This document shows positions 37,101 to 53,900 of a DNA stretch of 64,000 nt, one piece after another (the first letter of the stretch is position 1; the number at the start of each line of letters is the position of its first letter). The stretch lies in NCBI RefSeq assembly GCF_009914755.1, contig NC_060943.1. One strand, 5' to 3'. Origin of the DNA: the human T2T-CHM13v2.0 reference genome, Homo sapiens. The notes under the pieces are model-generated. The model saw nothing but the letters and a program-made list of their open reading frames with translations. It made no database searches and was not told where the DNA came from. Both the position numbers and the translations under genes were made by a program.

Positions 37101-40100
37101 GGGCCCATAACCTAGGTTATATAATCATCCTCTCCTGCTTGGGCCCTGCCAATACAGATAGTTGTAGCATATAATTGGGCCAATCACCTAAGTGATGTGA
37201 CTTTACTCTTTTGCATGGGCTTTGCCACAGAGTGGGTTGTGATATGTCACTGAGCCCTATGCGTAAATGATATGACTCTCCTGCCTTGGTCCCTCCAAAA
37301 GGAGGCATTGTGACCTATCAATAGGCCCAACAACTGGGTATTGTGACTCTCCTCTCTTACCTGAGCCCTGTACACAGGGTGACATATTGCTGTGCCCTGC
37401 ATGCAGATAATGTGTCTTTCCTGCATGAACCTTGCCCACAGAAGGCATTGTGACATACTCCTGGGCCCAGTACCCAGGTTATGGGACTTCTCTGCCATGG
37501 CCCTCCCCACAGAGTGGATAGTGACATGTTTTTGGTCCAGCATTCAGGTGACATGATTCTCTTTTCTGGTTTATTCACACAGGCTAAGCTTTAACATATG
37601 GTTTTTCCAGCTCACAGGCATTATGATTACACTCATATAAGAACCCAGACAATAAGAATGATTTTGAAGCTCTTAGACTTTAGGCAGTAGGTAAAGTCCT
37701 GGGTTTCCTACTTTTAGAAGGGTCACAGAGATGTATAAAATTTATGCATATCCTATATATACTTTGCTACAGAGAATGTAATAATAGGACTCAGCACACA
37801 AGTGAGATTGTGATTCTCACAGGCATACCAAGCCAACAATTGGGATTGTCAATTCCAAACATGAAAGGTCACTGGTGAGCTTCTGAACCTCACACGCAGA
37901 TGCAGTCCACAGTCAAAAGTCTGACTGTCATGTGTACATCTGGAAACAGGTTGAATAGTGACTGATTTCTGGACACAGCTCAGAGGCACAGTGATTAGTT
38001 GCATACCTGGACCTAGCAAACAGGAGATATGTTGACTCTCATAGGGAGCCTTCAAGCAATGGGCAAGGTCCTGGGCTTTCTACTTGTATGAAGGTCACAG
38101 AGGATTACAAAACTAATGCGTATTGTATGATCCCTTCGGTGGTACAGAGAGTGTCATAAGAGATTCCAGCACAAAGTTAAAATTGTGATTCTCATAGGCA
38201 TACCCAGCAAACAGTGAGAATTGTCACTCCCACACGCGGACAGAGACCACTAGTGAGGTCCAGAGCATCACATGTGGATGCCATCCACAGTTGAAATTTT
38301 GACTGTCATACGTGGATCTGGCCACAGGTGGGATAGTGACTTCTTTCTGCCGCCAACTCACAGGCACAGTGAGAACTCTCATATCTGACACTAGCCAACA
38401 AGAGAGATGTTAGCTCTTATTCCTGGGCTTACGACAATGGGTAAGATCATGAGTTCATAACAGCATGTAGATCTAAGTGTGGATTGTGACTTTCACCAGA
38501 GAAAGCCCTCAGGTGGCACCAAGACTGTGATAACAGGGCCCAGTGCACAGGTGAGATAGTGACCCTCATATGCATGTCCAGTTGACAGTAAGAATTTTCA
38601 CCCTCTTAAATAGCCACAGCCTGTTGTTGAGGTTCTGAATCTCACACTTGGAGGTAGCTAAAAGTTGGAATTGTGAGTCTCATACATGAATCAGGTGAAT
38701 ACCTGAATACAGATGAGATAATGACTCACAGACCAAGATTTGTCACACCTCTGAGGCTGTGACTACTGCCAGGACACAATCTGAAGGTTGAATTGAGACT
38801 CTCAGGCACAAATCCAGCCCAGTATCCAGATTCTGACTTGCACACTAGGACTGAACACACAGGAGGTGTTGACTGTCCTCCCTAGAGCTGGACATGTTTG
38901 GGATTCTGTATCTCATCCCTGGACTTTTCTGCAGGTGTGATTGTGACATATGCTTTTGCCCATACCCTGAGTGATTGTAGTTTTCTTCTTGGGCCCAGCC
39001 CACAGATGAAATTGTGACATATACCAAGGCCAAGGACCAAGGTAATATGACTCTCCTCATCTGCCTGAGCCCATTACTTAGAAGTGATTTTTACATATTT
39101 CTGAATTCAACACCTAGGTAATGTGACTCTCCTCTTGTGCCAAAGTTTTGATCACACAGAAAATTGTGACATATCACTGGGCCCAGCACCTAGATGATGT
39201 GCTTGTTCTGCCTTAATTCTCCCCACATGGGACATTATGACATATTTCTTAGTCAAACACCTAGGTGAAGTAACTCTTCTCTCCTGCCTGGGTCTCAGCT
39301 TCAGAAGAACATGTGACATATTGCTGCACCCAGCACTTAGGTGATTTGAGTCCTCTGCTGCCTAATCTTTGCCTACAGTGGGGATTGTGAACTATTGCTT
39401 AACCCAGCACCTAAATTTTGTGACTCACTTCTTTTGCAAAGTTCTGCTAACAGTGGGAGTTGTAACATATTACAGGAACCAGCAAACAGGTGACCTGACT
39501 GTCCTCTCTTCCCTGGGCCCTGCTTATATTGGGCATTGTTACATATTGCTGGGCTCATCGCCTAAGCAATGTTATTGTTCTCTTCTGCTTGGGACCTGCC
39601 CACATGATGGACTGTGGCATATCACTAGGCCCAGAACCCAGCTGATATGACTCTTCTTCCCTGATCCTGCTCATAGTGAGGACTGACATATTCCTCTTCT
39701 AGCATCCAGGTGATGTGACTCTTCTGCCTGGTCCCTGTCTGCATGTGGGATTGTGATATACATCTGGGCTAAACTCACTGGTGCAATGATGACAATCATA
39801 CTTGAACCCAGCAAATAGGAGAGATATTGATTCTCTTTGCTAGGCTTAGGGCAATGAGTAAGGTCTGGGTGTGTTTCCCGTACAAAGGTCAGAGAAAATT
39901 ACAATACTCATGCATATTGTATAAGGCTTTCAGTTGGTACAGAGAGTATCTAACAGGGCTCAGCACACAGATGAGACTATGACTCTCAAATGCACACCCA
40001 GCTGACAGTTAGGATTTTAACTTACACATGTTAAGATCACAAATGTCACATGTAAATGCAGTTTGCAGTTAGAATTGTGACTTATATGTGGATCCAGCCA

Positions 40101-42023
40101 CAGGTGGGATGGTGACTCACTTCCGAATCCAGCCGACAGGCACAGTGATGATTCTCATTCCTGGATGCAGCAAATTAGAGAGAGAGGTTGACTCTCATAC
40201 TGGGCTTAGGGCAACAGGTAAAATAGGTCATACCAGCACAAAACTCTCAGAGCAGACTGTGACTCTCATGCATATCATATAAAGCCTTTGGGTGATACAG
40301 AAAATGTCATAACGGTGCCAATCACACAGGGAAGATTGTGATCCTTAAATGCACACTCACCCAAAAATAAGAGTTGCCACTCTCCCACATGGACACAGCT
40401 CACCTTTGAGGTTCTGAATCTGACATCCAGAGACAGTTGACAGTTAAAATCATGACTTTCATACATGGATCCCATCCACAGGTGGGGTGGTGACGCTTGG
40501 ACCAGAATTCAGCACACCCATGGGCCTGTTACTCTCACACCAGAACACAGCCCCTAGGTGGGGCTGGGACTCTCATGCACGGATCCAATTTACTATTGAG
40601 ATGATGAGTCCTGTACTTGTGCGTAACTCACAGGAGGTGTTGACTCTCATACCTAAAGCTGGGACACGTGCAGAATTGTAAATCTAACCACTGGACCTTC
40701 TTGCAGGTGTGATTTTTATGTATACATTTGCCGAGCCCTTGAGGAATTCCACCTGCCTGGGTAGGCCAAGCCTACAGTGACATTAATTAAATCAAGCATC
40801 TAGGTGACATACTCTCCTTCCTGGGCACTGCCCTCAAGGGAGATTTTGAAATATTTCTGGGCCCAGCACATAAGTAATGGGATTCTTTACTCCCGCCTGG
40901 TTCCTGCACACTGGGAGCATTATAACATATCACTGGGCCCAACACCTAGGTAATATGACTCTCTTCTCACGTCTGGGCCCTGCCCATTTTAGGAATTGTG
41001 ACATAGCACTGGGCCTAGCACCCAGGTGAAGTAAATATCCTTTTCCATTTGGGTTCTGCATACAGGGGGCATGATAATATAATGCAGTGCCCATCATTAA
41101 GGTGATGTGACTTTACTTCATGGGCAATGTCCACAGGGAGCATTGTGACATATCTCTGGACCCAGCACCTAGATGATGTGACTCCCTCCTGCCTAGGCCC
41201 TGCATATAGGGGGAATTATGACATATTGCTGAGTCTAGCACCTGGGTGATGTGACTCTTCTGCCTGAGCCCTGCTCACAGGGGGCATTTTGACATAACTT
41301 TGGGTTCATCACCTAGATGATATGACTCACTTCTTCTGCCTGTGCTTTGCCCACAGGAAAACCTGGACCATATCACTGGGCTGAGCACCCAGATAACGTG
41401 ACTGTCTTTCCTGGGCCTTGCCCACAGGGGGCATTGTGACATTTCACTGGGCACAGCGCTGAGGCGATGTGACTCTCTTGCCTGGGTCCTGCCCGTAGAG
41501 GAAATTGTGACATATTCCTGGTCCAGCACCCAGGGAATGTGATGATCCAGCCTCATCCCTGCAGCCAACAGGGATGAAGATGACTCTTAAGCCTGAACTC
41601 AGCTAATAGGAGAGATGGTATCTTTCATAGCCAAGATTAGGGCAAACAATAAAGTCCTTAGTTTCCTAATTGTATAAAGATCACAAAGGATCACATCACC
41701 CACGCATACTATATAAAGCACTTGAGTAGTACAGAGAGTATCATAACAGGGCTCAGCACACAGTTGAGATTGTGACTCTCATATGCACACCCAGGCCACA
41801 GTTATAACTGTCACTCTCTCACATGGACAGAGCCTGCTGGTAAAATTCTAAGCCTGAATTGCGAACACAGTCCACAGTTGGAATTGTGATTCATATGTGA
41901 ATATGGCCACAGTTCCAATGGTGACTCACTTATGGACTCAGATCACAGGAATGGTGATAACTCTCATACCTGGATCCAGCCAATAAGAGATGTTCAATCT
42001 CCTACCTGATTCTAGGGCAATGA

Positions 42024-42573
<550 letters not shown>

Positions 42574-44591
42574 CTCAGGTGTATATTTTAAAGCCCTCAA
42601 GTTGTACAGTGTGTCATAATAGGACCCAGCACACTGATGAGATTGTGACTCTTGCATGCACACCCAGCTGACAGTAAGAATCGTCATCTTCCCACTTGAA
42701 TACAGCACACTGTTGAAGTCCTAAATCTCATAGCTGGAGGCAGTCAAAATTTGGAATTGTGTCTCAGACAAGAATCCAGTCCACAAGTGAGATAATGACT
42801 CTCTGACCTGGATTTAGCAGCCCTGTGAGGCTGCGAGTTCCCTACTGGGATATAGTCTGCTGGTGAGATTGAGGTCCCATGCACATGCCCAGTCCACCGT
42901 TGAGTTTGTGACTCATGTACGAGGACCCAACACACAGATGTTGAATCTCATACCTAGAGCTGGGACATATAAAGGTTTGTCAATCTCATCCCTGGACCTT
43001 CCCACGAATGTGATTATGACAAATTCGTTTGCCCAGCCCCTTAGCAATTTGACTTTCCTGCCTGGGCCCAGGCCAAAACTGGAATTGTGACATATACCTG
43101 GGCCAAACACCTAAATGCTGTGACTTTCTTCTTTTGCCTGGGATCTGCAAACAGAAAAGATTGTGACATATTGCTAAGCCCAGCATTTAGGCGATATGAC
43201 TCTTCCTCCAGGGACATGGTGACATATTCTTCCCCAGAATATGGGACATTGTGACATTCCTCCCTGTTCCTACAGGGACATTGTGACATATCCCTGGGAA
43301 CATTAACTAGATTAAGGGACTCCCCTCTCATCCCTGGGTCATTCCCTCAGGGGGGATTATGACATATCACTGAATCCAGAACCTAGGTGATTTTTTTTTT
43401 CTCCTCTACTGCCTGGACCCCATCCACAAGATGAATGGTAACATATTGCTGAGCCCAGCAACCAGATGATGTCACTTTCCTCTCCTGCCTGGAATCTGCT
43501 CAGAGGTGGAGAGTTACATATCACTGGGCCCAGCACATAGGAAATGTGACTCTCCCCTCCTGTTTGGGCCCTCCCAACAGTGGGAAATGTGAGATGTCAC
43601 TGGGCTCATCACCTAGATGATGTAATGCTTCTTCCCTTTATTGATCCACCCACAGTGGGAATTGTGACATATTACCATGATCAACAGCTAAATGATGTGA
43701 CTCTTTTCTGCTGATTGAGCCCTGCTTATAGGGGGCATTGTGACATTTAGCTTCACCTTGAACCCAGATGATTTAACTCTCTTATCTGGGCTTTGCCTAT
43801 GGAGAACACTGTGACATATCTCTGCACCGATCATCTAGGTGAAGTGACTCTCCTCTCCTGTCTGGTTCTGGCTCAAAGAAGGGAATGTAACATGTCACTG
43901 GACCCAGCACCTAGGTAATGTATCGCTATTTTCTCTTAGGCCCTGCTTTCATGGTAAATTTTGACATATATTTGGATGTATCACCTAGATGATGTAACTC
44001 TCTTTTCATGCCTGGGCAATGCCCAAGGGGAGATTGTGACATGTTGCTGAGCCCAGGACCCAGGTGATGTTAGTCTCCTGCCTGGCCTTGCCCGCCTACA
44101 AAAGGCATTGTGATACATCTTTGTGCTCATCACCCAAATAATGGGAGTCTTTTTACCTGCCAGAGCCCTGTTCTTAGGGAAAACTGTGACATATTACTGT
44201 ATCTGGCATGTAGGTGAGGTGACTCTTCTGCCTATGCATTGCCCACAGGAAGAATTGTGACATATCACTGAACCCAGAACCTAGGTGATGTGACTTTTTT
44301 CCTGTGCCTTACATGCAAAAAAATAAAAAATATCACTGGGCCCCAGAACTAGGCGAGGTGACTCTTCTCTACTACCTGGGTGAACCCCTTATAGGGGCAT
44401 TGTGACATATCTCTGGCCCCATCACCTGGGTGAAGTGACTATGCTCTTGGCTGAATAGGTGCTGCCCACAGCTGTGATTGTTACAAAATGCTGGGCCCAG
44501 CACTCAAGTGGTTTGACTCTGCTGCATGGGCCCTGCCCACAGAGGGCATTGTGATATATGTGTGGGCCCATCAACTAAAATTGTGACTTTC

Positions 44592-44939
44592 TACATTAGT
44601 CTGTTCTCATACTGTGAATAAAGTCATCCTCAAGACTGGGTAATTTATAAAAGAAATAGGTTTAATGGACTCACAGTTCCACATGGCTAAGGAGGCCTCA
44701 GAATCATGGTAAAAGACAAAGGAAGAGCAAAAGGCATCTTACATGGTGGCAGGCATAAGGGCAGGGGAACTCCCTTTTATAAAACCATTAGATCCCACGA
44801 GACTTATTCACTACCCCAAGAAGAATATAGGAGAACCACCTCCGTAATTCAATTATATTTACCTGTCCTTGCTCTTAACATACAGGGATTGTTAAAATTT
44901 AAGGTGAGATTTGGGTGGGGACACAGCCAAACCATATCA
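44592..44939 (-). mobile_element. THE1 (MaLR) solo LTR in satellite
   Basis: attagtctgttctcatactg...agactgggtaatttataaaagaaataggtttaatggactcacagttccacatggct...gagatttgggtggggacacagccaaaccatatca. Confidence 0.9.
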
Positions 44940-47457
44940 GTGTTTTCTCCTGCCTGGCCCCTGTCCATAGGGGAGATTTTGACATATCACTGAACCCAAC
45001 ACCTTGGTGATGTGACGCTCCTGGTCCCTGCCATAAAAGAGAATGGTGACATGTCACTGGGCTCAGTACCTAGGTGATGTGACTCTTCTCTCCTGTCTGG
45101 ACTCTGTCCTAAAAGAGAATTGTAAGATATCACTGAGACTAGCCCTTAGGTAATGTGATTTTCAGCTCCTACCAGGGCCCTGTCTACAAGGGGCAAGGTG
45201 ACACAGTGTGGGGACTATCTCCCAGGTGATGTGACTCTTCTGCATTGGCCTGGCCTAAAGGGGAAATTGTGACATATCTCTGGGCCTACCACCTAGCTGA
45301 TGTGACCTTCCTCACCTGCTTGTGCTCTGCCCACAGGAAGATTTCCACGTATATCTGCGTCCAGCACCTAGGTAATGGGACTCTTCTGCCTAAGCACTGC
45401 TTACACAAGCCATTGTGATGTATTCCTAGGCCCAAGACACAATGATGTGACTTTTCACTCCTGCTTGGCACTGTGATATATCATGGGGCTCATCACCTAG
45501 ATGATGTAATTCTTCTTTTGCTTGGGCCTTGCCCACAAAATAAATAGTGACATATTGCTGGGCATAGCACCTAGGTGATGTGATACATCTGCTCTGGCCT
45601 GTACCACAAAGGGCACTGTGACATGTTCCTGAATTTAGTGCTCAGGAGATGTGACCCTGGGGCCAGAGCTGAGTCCACAGGTGGATTGTGACGTATTCCT
45701 TGCCCAGAACCTAGGTGACATGACTCTTTCTTCCTGCATGGGCCCTGACTTCTGTGAGGGTTTTGACAATATTACTGGGCCCTACACCCAAATGATGTGA
45801 CTCTGCTGCCTGAGTTCTGTCAAAGGAGGGATTGTGACCTATCCAGTAGGCCAGAACCTACATGACTTTCCTCTCCTTCCTGAGCCCTAAACAGAATTAA
45901 TTGTGAAATATTGCTTTACACAGAACCCAGGTGATGTGGTTCTCTAGGCTAGGCCCTGCCCACAGAGGCATTTTGACATATGGCTGAGCTCAGCACTCAA
46001 GTAATGTGACTTTCTTGCCAGGGCCCTGAACACAGGGGGTTATTGAAATATTCCTAGACCAACATTCAAACAATGTGACTCTCCTGTCTGGTCTTCCCAC
46101 AGGTGGGATTGTGACATACCTAGGCCTAGCTCACAGGCGTGATGATGACTCTCATATGTGGACCCAACAAACAGAAAAGATTTTGACTCTCATGGCTAGA
46201 ATTAGGGGAATAGGTAAGGTCTTCTGTTTCCTACTTGTGGTAATGTCACAGAAGATGATGACACTCATGCATATCCCATAACATCCTTGAGTGACACAGA
46301 GAGTGTCCTAACAGGACTCAGCACACAGGTGAGATTGTGCATCCCACAGGCACACCCACCTGACAATTACAATTGTCACTCTCACACATGGACAGAACCC
46401 ACTGTTGAGGTCCTGAATCTCACATGTGGACATGATCCACAGTTAGAGTTGTGACTGTCCTATGTAAATTCAGCAATGTGTGAGATGATGACTTATTTCT
46501 GGATCAAGCTCACAGATGCAATGATGACTCTCATATACTTGGATTTAGCCAATAGAAGAGGTGTTGATTCTTGTAGCTGGGCTTAGGGCAATGGGTAAGG
46601 TCCTGAGTCTTCTACTTGCAGAAAGTTCTCAGAAGATTACCACACTCATGCATATAATATAAAGCCCTTACGTTTCACCAAGAGTTTCATATTAGGTCCC
46701 AGTACAAAGTTGAGATTGTGACTCTTCTATGCACACCCAGCTGACGGGATTATCACCCTCACACATGGACAGAGCCCACTGCTGAGGTTCTGAGTCTCAC
46801 TTGTGGATATAGCTCACAGTTTGTATTGTGACTTTTATATGTGGATCTTGCCACAGGTGGGTGTCTTATTTCTGGACTCAGCTCACAGACACAGTGATGA
46901 CTCTCATACCTGGACCCAGCAAAGAGGAGACATGTTGAATCTTGTATTAGGATGTTTGTGTGTGTGTGTCTGTGTGTGTGTGTTTTAGTTCCTTGAGCTT
47001 TGGAAATTGATTCTACAGTATCTTATACAGATGTAAATGTATCAGGCTTTTTTTGTAAAGCTATATATATATATTCCTCCTGTTTATTAAAATATTGTCA
47101 TTGGTGTTATGTAGATATAGTTGTAGACCTCAAAACAGAAAATAATATTGTAAATATTATAGCTTAATAAATGTTTATGGTATCTAAATAAAAAATGTAA
47201 ATTATACATATTTGGAAGGTAGTTATTTACAATTGCTTAGAGCTTACCTGGTCAGCCAAGGCCTGCCTTCAATTGCACCTGCTTGGTTACAGTATCTCCT
47301 GGGGTGAAATGGCCCTCACTGAGAATGGTCAAAATAAGAAAAAAATTTTGGCAGATAAATCTTACGTGTAAAGAAACAGAGATGTGGAAAAAAATGTTCA
47401 GAGAAGGATAAATAAATCAATTTTACCACAGTTATTTTTAAGACAGTAAATGCTTTA

Positions 47458-47790
<333 letters not shown>

Positions 47791-47815
47791 TTATTTAATT
47801 AAAAATTGCAGACAC

Positions 47816-48296
<481 letters not shown>

Positions 48297-48471
48297 TTAT
48301 ATGATGTCATATTGTAGATCAATAAATATGCAAACCACAAGCAGCAAAATTCAGATAGTGGTCACTTTCGGGAAGTAGGCTTATAGAAGACTTTAGAGGT
48401 ATGTACTTTATGAGAGTATGTGAGGATTATATGAAGCCAGACTGAAAGTTTCCTGAGAGTAGAGACCAAAA

Positions 48472-48671
48472 CTTTCTTTTTATTTTTTGAGATGGAGTCT
48501 CACTCTGCTGCCCAGGATACAGGTATCTGGGCCCAGCTAATTTTTGTATTTTTAGTAGAGACAGGGTTTCACTATGTTGGCCAAGCTGGTCTCGAACTCC
48601 TGACCTCATGATCTGCCCACCTCGGCCTCCCAAAGTGCTGGGATTACAGGCATGAGCCACCACGCCAGGCC
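48472..48671 (-). mobile_element. Alu with most of the right arm deleted
   Basis: gagatggagtctcactctgctgcccagg joined via a 14-nt filler to gcccagctaatttttgtatttttag. Confidence 0.9.
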
Positions 48672-49154
48672 AATACTTTCTTTTCTTAATTTTATCTCCC
48701 AAGGCTAGCAAAAAGCATAGCACAACGTGTATGCTCAATGCACATTTATTGGTTAAATGAATAAATACATACCCTTTGTAAACTGTCAAGCCCTATGCAA
48801 ATCAAGAATTTATTTTTATTACTTACTACAGTTTAGTTAATAGAATCATATAAAAGGTAATCAAAGTTAAGATTCAGAAAGCACTATTCAAAATTTAATG
48901 TTACCCCAGCATTCTTAGGCAAAATAAAGTAAAATTTATAGTTTCTAAATTTGTGACCATTATAATTACATTTAAATTTCCATGTGAGGCTGGAACATAA
49001 AATCTTCCATCAGGTGAGCATAATTTGAGAGAAAAATACATTTAAAAATAAAGAAAAAACAGGAAAAAGAATGAAAACTTGGTTGGGTTAGATCTGCAAG
49101 TTCTATTCCATACTTCTTTTTTTTTTTTTTTTTTTGAAATAGCTTCCCATACTC

Positions 49155-49826
49155 CTGGTGCAGAGGGAGGCTGAGGAGCCTGGGTCCCTCTGTCCTTCCA
49201 CTGTGGCAGTGGCTGATCTCTGCTCAGGCATGAGAAGTGCTGCCCTGTGCTGGGTCTGAGGCTGCCCTGCCCAGCCCCTCCTCACTCCCTTGGACTCTTC
49301 ACAGTGTCTCCAGGCTCCTGTGCCATCCTGAGCATCCCTTTGATGGAAAGGGAGGTGGCAGCAGGAAGCCAGTAGGAGGAACTGGCCCTGCAGACCGAGA
49401 GATCTTGTCCAGGAAATGCTCTGGTTGGCCTTGGCTTTTGGTGCATGGAGCTGGACATCAACCCTGGGTTGTAGCTAAGGTGTCCCTGGGCTAGGTGACC
49501 CTGGGCATGGATGCTCCAGTTGCTGCTGCCATTCCTGCTGTGCTCAGCTGGGCCGCAGCTGGAACCATTGCCAGTCAGAGGTGCAGGAGCAGCCCTCCAG
49601 GTGGGAGGAGGCCATAGCCATGCATGGTTCCTGGAAACCAGGCCCTGCTGACAAATCTTAGATGCCAGGAACAGAAGAACCAGGAGAAACTGCCTAGAGC
49701 TTGAGGCAAATGGATGGACTGTTGGAATGGCTGAGGGTGAAGCTGCCCAAAATCCTCAAAGTGGAGTAGCAAAGCAAGCATCAGAGATGGACAAGAAAAA
49801 TAAAAGTCAAAAAAATTAGCAGAAAC
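49155..49826 (+). pseudogene. MTDH (metadherin/LYRIC/AEG-1) processed pseudogene, 5' segment (5' UTR + N-terminal CDS)
   Basis: Matches MTDH mRNA as I recall it: ggaaatgctctggttggccttggcttt (GGAAATGCTCTCGGTCGGCCTAGGCTTT), ggaacagaagaaccaggagaaactg, aaatggatggactgttggaatggctgagggtgaagctg, cagagatggacaagaaaa; start codon decayed to GTG at 49355; CpG-depleted and frameshifted. Confidence 0.85.
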
Positions 49827-50290
49827 TGTAGCAGGATGAGCCGCAGACAAGAACCCCTCAGACACCAAGTTGTGGAAGGAAAGGGCTTTATTGAGCTGGT
49901 AGCATCAGCAGACTCACGTCTCCAAAAACTGAGCTCCCCGAGCGAGCAATTACTGTTCCTTTTAAGGGCTTACAACTCTAAAGGGGTCCACGTGAGAGGG
50001 TCGTGATCGACTGAGCCAGCAGGGGGTACCTGACTGTGGGCTGCATGTACCGGTTATTAGAACAGAACAGAACAGGACAGGGATTTTCACAATGTTTTTC
50101 CATACAATGTCTGGAATCTATAGATAACATAATTGGTTAGGTCAGGGGTCGATCTTTAACTACCAGGCACAGGGCATGGTGCTGGGCTGCCTGCCTTTGG
50201 GTTTCATTTCTGCTTTTTAGTTTTTACTTCTTCTTTCTTTGGAGGCAGAAATTGGGCATAAGACAATATGAGGGGTGGTCTCCTCCCTTA
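49827..50290 (-). mobile_element. 3' LTR (LTR2B/2C-like)
   Basis: Minus strand begins taagggaggagaccacccctcatattgtcttatgcccaatttctgcctccaaag and ends ...cctgctaca; preceded by purine tract aaagtgggggaa (50291-50302). Confidence 0.92.
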
Positions 50291-50316
50291 TTCCCCCACT
50301 TTGAGAACCTCACTCA

Positions 50317-51666
50317 TTAGTGGGAGTTCTCACTTTCATCCTCACTACCCATGTCTTCTTGCAAGACAGATTGATAGTGATTCATATAGTACACTTGTGC
50401 TGAAGCATTTTGATGCACTAAAGTAGTAACAAAACTTTTCATTACTTGAAGGAGCAAAGGCAGCACACAGGGAAGCAACATGCAGGTTTCTATTACTATT
50501 ATAATTCCTATTATAGTAGTTTTAAATCCTCCTAGTGCTGGAAACCATTTTCCAAACATGGACCTAGGATTAAACCCATGCCACACCTGCATGGGAACAT
50601 GTGCCAGCTTTGTTATTTTAATTATATCTTCAACTATTTGCCCTTGGTCATCTATGTGCAGACAGCAATTGGTCATGTTAAACTTTCCACAGATCCCTCC
50701 TTCAGCTGCTAGCAAGTAGTCTAGGGCTAGTCTACTTTTATAGATAGCATTTCTCATCTGGATTTCTTGCAGGGCTAAAACAGTTAAAGCTCTGCCAGTT
50801 TTATTAGTGATTATTTCCAAGACAGCTTGTAACTGTGTGATTCGGTTGAGCATATAAATGGGGGTTCAGTATCCCTACGAGCCATCTTGTGCCCAAGTGG
50901 CAGGCCCATAGTACTGTATGATTCTTTCAGGGGACCACTTGTCATCTTCCCAGTCGCCTATAGCTATCCTTCTCTTTTCTCGGGGAGCATAGACATGACA
51001 GCCTAGGAGCTTGCCTGTTTTTATGGGCAGTAGGAAAAAGGACAGTTTAATGGTGCCAATAACACAACTACCTGCCCATTGGTCAGGTAACTTGGCATAA
51101 GCTCTATGCCCACATATTCGGTATAATTCAGAGGAGGCTGTCCAGACCTGATGGGACTCCGGGTGTCTCCATACAGTTTGCAACTTTGGAAATTTGCTAA
51201 ACGGATTTCTTTCAGTGTGGTTTGAACTCCACCAGGTGGCTGCTTTTGTAGTGTACAGTTTTTGCCCAAGGCAGCTGTCTTCCCACAGGAAGGGTGAAGT
51301 CCTTCCTCACCCGTGCTATACAGTATTGTCTAATAATTGAGGTTTTTCAGAACCCAGAAGTTGCCAGTCTTTAATCTTATTTTAAAAATGGTAGTCATAG
51401 GGGGCTTAGATGGGTTATAGCACACATCAGGCTGGTCACTTCCTGGGCTACATACCCTGTATAGCATTATACAAATAAGTTCCTCTTAGAGTCCCGGTAC
51501 ACTTACAATAACCATAAAATAATAGGGCTGTAGTAACCTTTTGTCTTACCTCAGTGACTTGATGTATATGTAGGGAACAGTCCTCAGTCTGAGGAAGGTC
51601 AGTTGAAGTCCTTACTGTACAAGTCCAAATTTTAAGGAAAATGAGTCCCAAAATGAGTTTCCTCAT
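50317..51666 (-). pseudogene. HERV-E-type env remnant (signal peptide, internally deleted SU, TM) in several broken frames
   Basis: MRKLILGLIFLKIW N-terminus; YYGPATWAQDGS; TM with immunosuppressive-domain-like [15 protein letters not shown] and CX6CC ([10 protein letters not shown] region) plus a hydrophobic anchor. Confidence 0.85.
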
Positions 51667-51788
51667 GCTTTGGCCATGTGTGGATCAGTCAGCTTCTGGG
51701 TATGACTGGATCAGGGCTTGTAGTCTTCTGAATCACTTTGCAAGGGTTGGTGAAGCTGCTCCCATCCATGTACCCAGTCTACTGATGT

Positions 51789-52290
51789 TTAAGGATGGTC
51801 TTGGAGGTTGGGCCTGCTAGAATAAACTGAGTCCAACACCTCTACACAGTTATGTTCAACTGCGCTCTCTGATACTGGGAGCAAAGTGGCGGGGTTCAGA
51901 GTGTTGCAATCTTCAATGGTTATGCGGGAATTTTCACAGAGCAAGCTTTGGTATTTAGTTAGCCTAGCATTTGTTAGCCAATGATGGCCTTTGGTATTTA
52001 TTAAAGTCACTACAGCATGGGGGGCCTTTATGTTTAGGTTTTGCATACGAGTTAGCTTACCCACTTCCTGTGCTAGCTGGGCTGTTGCTGCCAAGGCCCT
52101 CAAACATGGGGGCCAACCCTAAGAAACCCCATCTAGTTGTTTAGAGAGGTAGGCCACGAGCCTCGGCCAGGACCCCACAGTCTGGGCCAAAATTCTAACT
52201 GCTAATTTTTGTCTCTCTCTGACACATATAGTGTAAAAGGTTTTGTCAGGTCAGGTAGCCCCAGGGCTAGGGCCAACATGAGTTTTTCTT
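51789..52290 (-). pseudogene. pol remnant (RT tether/connection region)
   Basis: RALAATAQL...APHAVVTLINTKGHHWLTNARLTKYQSLLCE, gammaretroviral tether motifs. Confidence 0.8.
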
Positions 52291-52379
52291 TTTAACTCAT
52301 GAAAAGCTTGCTGCTGTTGGTTGTAATAGATGTAGTTTATCCAATCTACATTTTTATTAACTGTCACTCACCAAAATAT

Positions 52380-53900
<1,521 letters not shown>

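Noticed and set aside
49116-49135. T20 tract as the tail of a minus-strand retrocopy
   Set aside because: The adjacent sequence is sense MTDH 5' UTR rather than the 3' end of a minus-strand element, and I found no TSD
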